A stretch of 46,351 nt of DNA, counting the filler, from Catajapyx aquilonaris (taxonomy: Eukaryota): the NCBI GenBank assembly GCA_000934665.2. It is 2 parts of 2 records of this genome, joined end to end, with 100 filler letters (N's around TTAATTAATTAA, not from the genome) between each part and the next. Parts side by side here need not be neighbours in the genome. Positions count along the whole stretch, not along the records: positions 23,229 to 46,351 come from KZ539413.1; 1 more part is not named here. One strand, 5' to 3'. The notes beneath the pieces were generated by a model. That model saw only the letters and a list, made by a program, of their open reading frames with translations, had not been told where the DNA came from and did not search any database. A program made the position numbers and the translations under genes. Shown here piece after piece: positions 35,621 through 45,319 of this stretch (position 1 is its first letter; each line of letters begins with the position of its first letter).

Positions 35621-37931
35621 GGGCGATTCCAGGACAAATGAGGGGTGTGGTGGGAAAAGGTGATAACCCTCATTTTTGTCATTTTGACATACCCACCTAG
35701 CAACTATGTAAAAGACATGACAAACAGTTTGGTGTACTCCAAGTTCACTTATCATCCACTAGACAGCCACACGGACTTGATCATTCCCTATGATTTGTTA
35801 AGAGAATGCAAACTTTAATTCGTTCTCCTGAAAAATTATACTTTTGTTATCACATTTTCCCATCACACCCCTCAAATCATACAAAGGACTTCACATTTTT
35901 TTATCTCAAAGAAATTAAGTGCAGAAAGGGGTATAACATTTTCAAGGCTGAAGGAGGTACTATAGTAGTTGACCATAATATTGTTTTTCAACAATGATTT
36001 GTCTCTGTAAGGCCTTCATTTTGATTTCAAAAATTTGAACATTCAGTCATGGCAATCACACAATCCTGTTCAGTTCATTCAGACATCAAAAGTATCGGTG
36101 TGCCCTGCATTACACGAGATATAAGGTCATTTGTCCACGTGTGTTGGGCATTTTACATGTATTTGGCCATTTAATTGTGCGTGACCTAATTACCTTACAT
36201 TTTTACAAAATTTTGATTTGTGTTTTATTCCTTATGGAGAATGGCAAGTTTCAGCACTCTCACAGGTGTGGGAGTGGGATATTGGTGGGACATACAAACA
36301 TATTGTCGGCATTAAGCAGAGAGGGCGGATAGATCATTTTATAAATTTCACAGGAGGGCTAATAATAGGTTTTAAATCACCCTCACAAATCGCAGCATCA
36401 CTGTATAAGCTCTAAATTTTTTGGATTGCATTGGATCAATGCATTGGAGCAATGCATTGATTTTCTTTGGCAGTCAAAATTAGATAATATTTTTATTGAA
36501 TTATTTTAGTGTAAAAAATTTAATGGATATTCGATCTTTCTCCTTAATTGTTTTTAATAGTCTGGATGCTAAGAGTTTTAACTTTGCATTTTGGGATAAA
36601 AACCTGAAATTCTCCACAATTAGTATTTGGACAGTTATTAACATGTCTGGAAGTGAGGCCATGATGGATAACCCTGCTGTTAGTCGCTCACAGGGTTGCC
36701 ATATTTAACAGGCGCAACATGCGTTTCTATTTGAATAAGGAGCTTCGATTCGGTGATAAAGACATGAATCTCGGTGCACTAGTTCTTTGGACACTTCTGA
36801 CCATATCTGGACATGGAGGCACAATGACCTCGCTGGAGGTCACTATCACGGGGTTGCCAAACCCAACAGACTGTGCAACATGCATTTATATTTGAATAGT
36901 GAGCTTGAATTTGGTAATAAAGACATGGAACTAGTTCTGAACATATCTGGACGTGGGGCGACGATCACAGACCTTGCTTTAACAAACTGTGAAACAAGCG
37001 TTTATATTTGAATAGGGAGCTACTGCGGGGTCGGTCACCGTGGCCCCACGTCCAGATATGTTCATACCTTTGTAAAGAACTAGTGTACTGAGTTTCACGT
37101 CATTTTCACCAAATGCAAGCTCACTATTCAAAAGAAATGCATGTTTCACGCTCTGTTAGATATGGCAACCCTGTAATAGTGACCTCCATCGGGGTCGGCA
37201 ATCGTGGCCCCACGTCTGACATGTTCAGAAGTGTGCAAAGACCTATTGTGGAGAGTTTCATGTTTTTACCACGGAATGCAAGGGCCTTATCAAGGGGGTA
37301 ACAACATCGTGGAGCCGGTGTATAGGATCCCGCTGGAACTGGCCTGGAACCGGTGGAACCACATGGTTCCAGGATACGGTGTACACTTTTTGGGGGAGTT
37401 CTTACGCCCTTGGACCCTACACATGTAAAGGTGTGCTGCACCTGTTCAATTGGCAACGCTGTGAAAGTGACCTCCAGCTGGGTCACCCAGCGTGGTCGCA
37501 CATCCAAATATGCTCAGAAGTATCCAAAGAGCGAGAGTACCGAGTTTCAAAATTTAATCACAAAATTCAACGTTTATTTTTCCCTTAGCACCTGGGCTAT
37601 GCTCCCTTTCTCCTTACACTGTCTTTGGATATTCACCGGAACAACTTTCTCGTTCAGGCACATTGTTCCACCTACACATCTGCTGTTTCACCAAACCATG
37701 TGGTGGGTGATGTCAATGTAAGATATGCATTTTCGCAAAAAAAATAAATTTAAAAAGGCCTATGATTCGCCATTTCTGCTTAATGCCGACGATATATAAT
37801 TAATTAATTATACATACCAACAAGTTTTGACATTTATACTATGAGAGATTATCCTACCAAATTTCATTGAGGTCAGAAAATAGGTGGTGAACCTTGAATT
37901 TTATTTTGCATGATCTGTCCTGGAATCACCC
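35621..37931. mobile_element. 2.3-kb non-autonomous TIR DNA transposon (Sola-like termini, tentative)
   Basis: 19-bp TIR gggcgattccaggacaaat / atctgtcctggaatcaccc (2 mismatches), flanks tcat/gcat. Removing it restores similarity to the gene A intron (ggttcatcttgaaacaccc). Confidence 0.7.
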
Positions 37932-38819
37932 GCATGAAACATCCTCATGACATCAAATGAGACTACTTTTCTGTAAGAAATTATCAATTCCTCCTCATCT
38001 TCATTATATTCTCAGGATGCTGATGATATACCATACAGTGAAACCTTGATCTGTTGCTTTCCCAGAACCTTGTTCAATCTGCAAGGCCCTGGAACTAGCA
38101 ATATTTAAACTATGGAATTAAAGCCCCCATGGAGTTGTCTCAATATATCGTTTTCACACTTATGGTTGAGACCCCCTGAGTCCCAAAGACAATTAATCCT
38201 GATCTGATCACTGAGCAATGCTGCACACACAAATGTTATACTTCATCAGTGACAGTGTTTGATGTTTTTGGGACCTGGAGTAACAACTAGCAGTTTTGAC
38301 TCCATATCCCTATCTGTGCAACTTTGAATGTATCTTATCTGTCATACAAGGATATGGAGGGTGGTGGTGGTGGTGATGATGGTAAAGCCCATTCTCAACT
38401 TGTTCTCAGTTTTATCAATGCAAATATTTATGTGTTTGAGTCCAAGGTAGTGTTTTCATATGCTCACCACATCACCAAATGGATACCAAGCAAATATTGT
38501 GAAGGTTTCATTTTTATTGCTAAGTTTGAAATATAACATTGCTACTAATGAAATGAACATCCGTGCGTATACAGGGTGTTCCAAGTGCATGGCTAGTATT
38601 TAGTATTTATTCCAAAGGAATTATTTCTGTGTAGCCTGTTGCTTCCCGATCCAGGTGTCCCATTACTATCAGGTCGTCGAATGTAGCAGTGGCTATAGGG
38701 CATAACAAGCAATTTACTATTTCCAGCATTACATTTTATGCAGCTACACAGAAATATGGGACTGTACAGTCCATGTGTTTGTGAGACAACTTCTTCAGCC
38801 ATTATAATAAGGGACACCA

Positions 38820-38900
38820 GGGACGCTTAGTGGCCAAGTCAGTAAAAACTTGGCGTGCTGAGCGAAATATCCTGGGTTAGAGCCCCGCCCGGGAGATCCC
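38820..38900 (+). mobile_element. Degenerate tRNA-like SINE head
   Basis: A-box-like tagtggccaagtcag and B-box-like ggttagagccc at tRNA-like spacing; extent unclear. Confidence 0.4.
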
Positions 38901-39289
38901 TTTCGCCTGCGTCAGGAGGGTCTCTGACCCGCTCCTTGGAGGCATCTGGCATCCCAACTCCTCGGAGATTGCACATGGCCCAGTTTCAGTCATTGCAATT
39001 GCACCCCTGCCGCCTCCCCAAAAATTCTCATTCCCCTCCTTATGTCCTTTCTCCCTTGTACAGTGAACTAAGAAAATATACATGAAAATAGTGATGGAAA
39101 ATGGTGGTGTTCCACCCCCCTAAAGGAGCGATGTTTCTCCCAATGCAATGGGTTAAGTAAAATATAAATAAGTAAATACTAATAATAAGGGATACCTTCC
39201 AAATGACAAAACAGGTGGAAAGCATGAGTCTGTCAGCACTGCATAATAGTAATTATATTATTATTGATAAACTGCAATTCACGTTCCAG

Positions 39290-39865
39290 GTTGTGCAAGT
39301 GAGAACTGAACATGGCGTAGAAGAGAATTGGATACAGGAGGAAAGGGCCAGGGGAATATGTGATGGAAGAAATCCATTTGAGTGCAGAATATGCCAGATA
39401 ATATTTGGTACCCAGGAAGATTTGAATATTCACGTCATTACTCATAGTGAGAAAAATTGCTGCTACGTTTGCGGGAAAAAGTTCAGTCATTCTGCTGGCT
39501 TGAAACTTCACATGCAAATTCACACAGGAGAAAAGCAATCCACTTGTGAGGTGTGCCAGAAAACGTTTTGTAAACCATCTGTTTTGAAAAGGCACATGTT
39601 TATTCACACAGGAGAAAAACCCTTTAATTGTGAGGTGTGCAAGAAAAAATTCAGTGTATCACATAAGTTGAAAACTCACATGCTCGGTCATACAGGAGAC
39701 ACACCATTCACTTGTGATGTGTGCCAGAAAAAATTCAGTGAATCAAATAAGTTGAAAAGGCACATGCTAATTCATACGGGAGAAAAACCGTTTTCATGTC
39801 AGGTGTGCCAGAAACAATTTCGTCATAAAGGTACTCTGAATTTTCACAAGTGCATTCATACATGA
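39290..39865 (+). CDS. C2H2 zinc-finger gene C, coding exon 2 (6 fingers)
   Basis: Acceptor gttccag| at 39289, starts VVQV; six C2H2 units; TGA after the last HT. Confidence 0.93.
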   Translation, partial: VVQVRTEHGVEENWIQEERARGICDGRNPFECRICQIIFGTQEDLNIHVITHSEKNCCYVCGKKFSHSAGLKLHMQIHTGEKQSTCEVCQKTFCKPSVLKRHMFIHTGEKPFNCEVCKKKFSVSHKLKTHMLGHTGDTPFTCDVCQKKFSESNKLKRHMLIHTGEKPFSCQVCQKQFRHKGTLNFHKCIHT

Positions 39866-40239
39866 AAGAAAAAATTAATTTTTGTGGTGCCCCCTTTAAA
39901 TAATTTGTAATGCAAGGAATGGGTACTGGTATCTACTGGTAGTGAAATGCCAAAAGGAATTCAGTGCAGCATATTGGTTGAAATGTCGCATACTGCACAG
40001 GGAAGAAACACCATGCAGTTGCCTTGTTTGCAAGAAAATGGTTTTGTGATGCAATTACTGTGAAAGTGCTTATGTGACGGTGCACTGATGAAGAGACACC
40101 ATTTATCATTTCACAGACATGTGAAAAGTCATACGATGGCTGAAACTGTATAAAAGTCGAGTCAGTATGTGTTATTCCACTGATAATGTGTTCTATTTCA
40201 GGTGTAAAATAATTTTACTGTGATTAAAAAATTACGAAA

Positions 40240-40521
40240 GGGTCATTCCATGTCAGTTCATCCAGCCATGTCACCCACCATCTCAGATTCTTTCTAGTGT
40301 TGCCTAGCGCACCTCGCGCGGCAGTTGTCACTGTGGGCGCGCTACAGTTCTCCGGTTTGCCGCGGGATGGTGTTGAATCGCCCTTCTTAACAGACGATGT
40401 GTGTAGATATATGATTTTCCGTGTAACCGCTGGGCGTAGAAAAAAAACCGATCGCACATTCGGAATCAGGATTTTTTGCCCGATTTTTGGGGGCCAACTT
40501 GTATTTTGAGTGGAGTGTCCC
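40240..40521. mobile_element. Possible small TIR element between genes C and D
   Basis: gggtcattcca ... tggagtgtccc imperfect inverted termini; segment absent from the paralogous D-E spacer; no clear TSD. Confidence 0.4.
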
Positions 40522-40579
40522 TTTAATGTAAAAACAAACAAAAAATTACTTGATAAACACTCCAACATGTTGCATTGAA

Positions 40580-40750
40580 AGAGCAGCCGAACTGCTATCC
40601 GCGAATAGCAGCATCACCAGTAGCGGCGACTGGTGAGGTGGAAATAGCGCTTAATGCCATCCTTCTCTGTCAAGTGGTGATGGGAATGCACCCATACAAA
40701 AAAAGAAAAAAAAAAAAACAAGAATCCGATGAGAATAAAGATGGCCGACC
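40580..40750 (+). promoter_or_regulatory. Conserved promoter cassette of ZNF gene D
   Basis: caccagtagcggcgac...atagcgc...ggaatgcacc...A-tract...aagatggccg; nearly identical to that of gene E. Confidence 0.6.
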
Positions 40751-40957
40751 GCCTCTTCCGTTGTCCTCTTCAATGAGGCCCTTCAAGTGACACTGTGTGA
40801 GGTCATTTCCACCCGTCCGAGTGACTGGATTTGTCTACTCGCCGACCAGAAGGACTGGTCCCCTCGCTAGGGTGACGCCGGCTGTGGTTGGGTAGGCGGA
40901 ATAGGAAACGGGGGAACCCTTTGGGAACATGAACTGATGTTTTGTATTTGCAGGACC

Positions 40958-41398
40958 ATGTCACAGGCAGTGAGGGTGAAGGAGGAAGAGGCTGAGGAAG
41001 GAGGAGGAGAGGCGGATGGAAGAGTCACAGAGCAGTTTCTCTTGAAGAAGGAAACTTCGGCTTGCTTTGATCGTGACTCTACACCCATAAAGAAGGAAGG
41101 AGAGGAGGACATCACAGTGGAGGAGACCTGGCAGATTCCCTTGAAGAAGGAGACCCCTTTTTGCTTTGATGGTGGCTCTACTCTCATAGAAGACACTCTC
41201 CTCGAGATCAAGAAGGAGGAGGAAGCGGAGGAGGAAGGGATGGTGGCAACCACGTCTAAGAATCACAAAGAGGAAGACGACCCATTGGGAATTGTTCCAG
41301 CAGAGGAGGCGGAGGAGGAGGAGATGGTGGTGGCCATGTCTGAGGAGATTGCAGATGAAGACGACCCTTTGGAAGTTGGATCAGGAAGGATTAGCGGG
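40958..41398 (+). CDS. C2H2 zinc-finger gene D, coding exon 1 (acidic N-terminal module)
   Basis: Acceptor tttgcag| at 40953, ATG 40958, MSQAVRVKEEE...DEDDPLEVGSGRISG, donor |gtatgt at 41399, phase 0. Confidence 0.88.
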
Positions 41399-41580
41399 GT
41401 ATGTAACCAGCTGAAATTGCAGTATAATTATTTGATGTTTCTCCCAATGGGTTAAGTAAAATAAAAATAGAAATAAGTAAATTATAATTAGGGATCCCTT
41501 CCAAATGACAAAACAGGTGGAATGAATCAATCTGTCAACACTGCATAACAGTAATTGATAAACTGTAATTCACATTCCAG

Positions 41581-42195
41581 GTTGTGCAAGTGAGAACTGC
41601 ACATGGCGTAGAAGAGACCCGGATACAGGTGGAAAGGAACAGGGGAATATGTGGTGGAAGAAATCCATTTAAGTGCACAATATGCGAGATAATATTTGGT
41701 ACCCAGGATGATTGGAATATTCATGTCATTGCTCATAGTGAGAAAAATTGCTGCCATGTTTGCGGGAAAATGTTCAGTCATTCCTTTGACTTGAAAATTC
41801 ATATGCAAATTCACGAAAAACCATTCACTTGTGAGGTGTGCCAGAAAAAGTTTCTTAATTCAAGTGAGTTGAAAATTCACATGCGAAATCATACAGGAGA
41901 AAAACCCTTTACTTGTGAGGTGTGCCAGAAAACGTTTTGTACACGATATATTTTGAAAAGGCATATGCGTATTCATACAGGAGAGAGGCCACATAGCTGT
42001 GAGGTGTGCCAGAAAAAATTCCGTTTTTCAAGAGATTTGAAAATTCACATGCTAATTCATACGGGAGAAAAACCATTTACTTGTCAGGTGTGCCAGAAAC
42101 AATTTCGTCATATAGGTACTCTGAATTCTCACAAGAGCATTCATACATTAGAGAAAAAATGTATTTTTGTGGTGCCCCCTTTTAATAATATGTAA
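41581..42195 (+). CDS. C2H2 zinc-finger gene D, coding exon 2 (6 fingers)
   Basis: Acceptor attccag| at 41580 (182-bp intron), starts VVQV; six C2H2 units. Confidence 0.93.
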   Translation, partial: VVQVRTAHGVEETRIQVERNRGICGGRNPFKCTICEIIFGTQDDWNIHVIAHSEKNCCHVCGKMFSHSFDLKIHMQIHEKPFTCEVCQKKFLNSSELKIHMRNHTGEKPFTCEVCQKTFCTRYILKRHMRIHTGERPHSCEVCQKKFRFSRDLKIHMLIHTGEKPFTCQVCQKQFRHIGTLNSHKSIHTLEKKCIFVVPPFNNM

Positions 42196-42829
42196 TGCAA
42201 GGAACGGGTACTGGTATCTGCTGGTAGTGAAATCAGCCAAAGGGAATTCATTGCAACATATTGGTTGAAATGTCGCATAATGCACAAGGAAGAAACACCA
42301 TACAGTTGCCTTGTTTGCAAGAAAATTGTTTTGTGATGCAAGTACTGTGAAAGTGCTTATGTGACGGCGCACTGATGAAGAGACGCCACTTATCGTTTAA
42401 CAGACATGTGAAAAGTCATACGATGGCTGAAACTGTATCAAAGTCGAAGAGGTATGTGTCATTCCACTGATAATGTATTCTATTTCGGGTATAAAATAAT
42501 TTTCCTGTTATTAAAAATTACGATTCAACTTATTTTCGGAACGACCCTTGTATAATCAGGCAAGTAATATGCCAAGATACATGCGAAGACAGAGAAGAGC
42601 AGAGCAATGTTGCCTAGGTAACATCACATCACTTGAAATTAGCATGAGGCTGTTCAATGCCTATCATTATCTTGATGATCTATGACCGTCTGGTTGCAAA
42701 TGTCATTGTTGTGTACAACTTTCCACGCATGATAAAAACTTATTTTCAGATGTTTTGCTGCTTTAAAAAAAAATACCATGCTTGACTTACTCTCACATTC
42801 ATGATGTGCTCACTACTGCATAATTATCA

Positions 42830-43084
42830 GGGCGACACGGTGGCGGAGTGGTTAGCACCGCAGCCTTCCACCTCTAAGGTCCCGAGTTAGATCCCCGGGT
42901 CGGACGGAGGATGCTTAAGTGGATAGAGTTTCGATGTGTTCTCTCCGTGTTCGCGTGGGTTTTCTCGGGGTTCTCCTGTTTCCTCCCACTATCAAAATCC
43001 ATCACAGGCAAATGATTAAAGTCAGTTTTTCAAAAGATGATCCCCTAAGAGGCCCGAGGGGCCTGTCACGGGGTATCCATTATT
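42830..43084 (+). mobile_element. tRNA-derived SINE with V-SINE-like core domain, full length
   Basis: Head gggcgacacggtggcggagtggttagcac (A-box), core gagtttcgatgtgttctctccgtgttcgcgtgggttttctcggggttctcctgtttcctcccac. Perfect 16-bp TSD tactgcataattatca at 42814-42829 and 43085-43100. Confidence 0.9.
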
Positions 43085-43859
43085 TACTGCATAATTATCA
43101 TCAATATCATGCCAATTAATAGGTACATTACACCACTAGAGAATCTTGCCTTGAATAGAGTAATTTCACTTATTCCTCCCCGCTCTGATCAATTTGGAGT
43201 GCATATCCTTCAGTGCCAAAGGAATTGAGGCGCTCGGAGGAAGAACTGCGCATCTCAACCTGAGTTCATTTTGAGGTAAATGGCTTTTTGTGTTGCAGGA
43301 TAATGGGATTTTCCATTGCGGACCAATTTTACAAGTGGAATATGTGAGCTCTGGCATATCCCAATTAATTTGGGACTTCAGCACATGAAAGGTAGATGGC
43401 AGGAGAGTACAAAAGCAATACAATTTCCAAAGCGGAGGCCGCTCGGTTGGGATATGCCGTTTTTCCTCTGAGCGCCTCCTAATAATTGCCAATTATTATC
43501 AAGAAGCAATCTTGAAGTTTCAAGTTATAGGAAAGTATAATTTCTTTATGTAATCATTTTGAGAGTGGGAGGATGTGGAAGAACACACTTATAACACAGG
43601 ACATGGGAACACCCACAGAGCGAGTTCAAAATAAACCTGCACTTCCTGTTACATACTTTTTTTAAAATGGCAAAAGTTCATTGTAATTATCATTTTAATG
43701 CATTTTTTTTCTTGGGGTCCGAGAATACCCCACGGAACGGTTCAGAACAAATAGGTACCTTGCATTTCACTAGCACATTTCTTTAATGTAAAATAATAAT
43801 TTAAAATAATAATAACAATAATAATAACTTGAGAAACACTCCAACATGTTGCATTGAAA

Positions 43860-44022
43860 GAGCAGCCGAACTGCTACCCGCGAATAGCAGCATCACCAGT
43901 AGCGGCGACTGGTGAGGTGGGAATAGCGCTTAATGTCATCCTCCTCTGTCAGGTGGTGATGGGAATGCACCCACACAAAAAAAGTAGAAAAAAAAGAATC
44001 TGATGAGAACAAAGATGGCCGA
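43860..44022 (+). promoter_or_regulatory. Conserved promoter cassette of ZNF gene E
   Basis: Near-identical to 40580-40750. Confidence 0.6.
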
Positions 44023-44336
44023 CCGCCTCTTCCGTTGTTGTCCTCTTCAAGGCCCTTCAAGTGACGCTGTGTGAGGTCATTTCCACCCGTCCGAGTGACT
44101 GGATTTGTCTGCTCGCCGACCAGAGGGACGGGTCACCTCTCACTAGGGTGCCGGCTGTGGTTGGGTAGGCGGAATAGGAAACGGGAGAACCCTTCGGGAA
44201 CACGAACAGGTAGAGACGAACCCGGCCGCGTATGAGAAGTCCCCCTGTCCCATCTGGGGATCGAAAGCAGGCCTCTGAGGCCGTGGCACTAACCATTACG
44301 CATCTGTGCCACCCATAAAGTATTGACATGGAATGA

Positions 44337-44570
44337 GGTCATCTTGGGGCTGCCCTGATGTGACCTTCAGCATAATCCAAACATTTTGTGAATTCATATT
44401 TAAGCTCCAGGTCGGCACATATATGATGTTTGTGAGTTTGAACTATGCCAATTGCTGCCGTAATGGCATTATGTGATTGCAATTTTCATTTTTATGAGCT
44501 GTAAACATAAATATTGAGTCATGAAATTTTTGGAATTGTGGCCAAGTTCTGCTGTGTGCCCAAGATGACC
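44337..44570. mobile_element. Possible MITE in the 5' intron of gene E
   Basis: 12-bp inverted termini ggtcatcttggg / cccaagatgacc. Confidence 0.45.
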
Positions 44571-44715
44571 CAACCTACGGCGGTGTGCTTATCTCTTACA
44601 TTCCTTGGCTTCATGCTTGCCTTTGTCGACTTCTCAGGGAAATGTTATTTTGTGACTGGTGGAATTGGCATCATGACATGATTACCTGACCTGCTGTTTT
44701 GTATCTGCAGGACCA

Positions 44716-45084
44716 ATGTCACAGGCAGTGAGGGTGAAGGAGGAAGAGGCTGAGGAAGGAGGAGGAGAGGCGGATGGAAGAGTCACAGAGCAGTTTCTCT
44801 TGAAGAAGGAAACTTCGGCTTGCTTTGATCGTGACTCTACACCCATAAAGAAGGAAGGAGAAGATGAGGACATCACAGTGGATGAGGAGACCTGGCAGAT
44901 TCCCTTGAAGGAGGAGACCCCTTCTTGCTTTGATGGTTGCTCTACTCTCATAGAAGACACTCTCCTCGAGATCAAGAAGGAGGAGGAAGCGGAGGAGGAG
45001 GAGGAAGAGATGGTGGTGGCCATATCTGAGGAGGTTGCAGATGAAGAAGACCCTTTGGCTGTTGGTTCTGGAAGGATTAGCAGG
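44716..45084 (+). CDS. C2H2 zinc-finger gene E, coding exon 1 (acidic module; finger exon presumably beyond the window)
   Basis: Acceptor tctgcag| at 44710, ATG 44716, MSQAVRVKEEE...DEEDPLAVGSGRISR, donor |gtatgt at 45085, phase 0. Confidence 0.85.
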
Positions 45085-45319
45085 GTATGTAACCAGCTGA
45101 AATTGCAGTATAATTATTTTCCACTAAAGTCTCACAAAAATGTCAAGGCAAATCAAGCACCCAGGCCAGATGATATTGTACAGTATTTCGGAAATATCCA
45201 CACTCTGGTTGTATTTACTCAACCACTTGGTGACGTGCAGTAAATTGTTCCTGTTGATGCAGCTTTATTATGTTTTGCTATTTTTTCAGTAAGCCAAATT
45301 TATACTATAAGAGAGCATA

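Noticed and set aside
23941..38200. Weakly similar segments at about 23941-24120 and 38034-38200
   Set aside because: Probably old MITE copies, but too degenerate to define termini by eye.
24895..45023. Minus-strand Ser-rich and HLTS-repeat ORFs
   Set aside because: Antisense shadows of the acidic exons and finger arrays.
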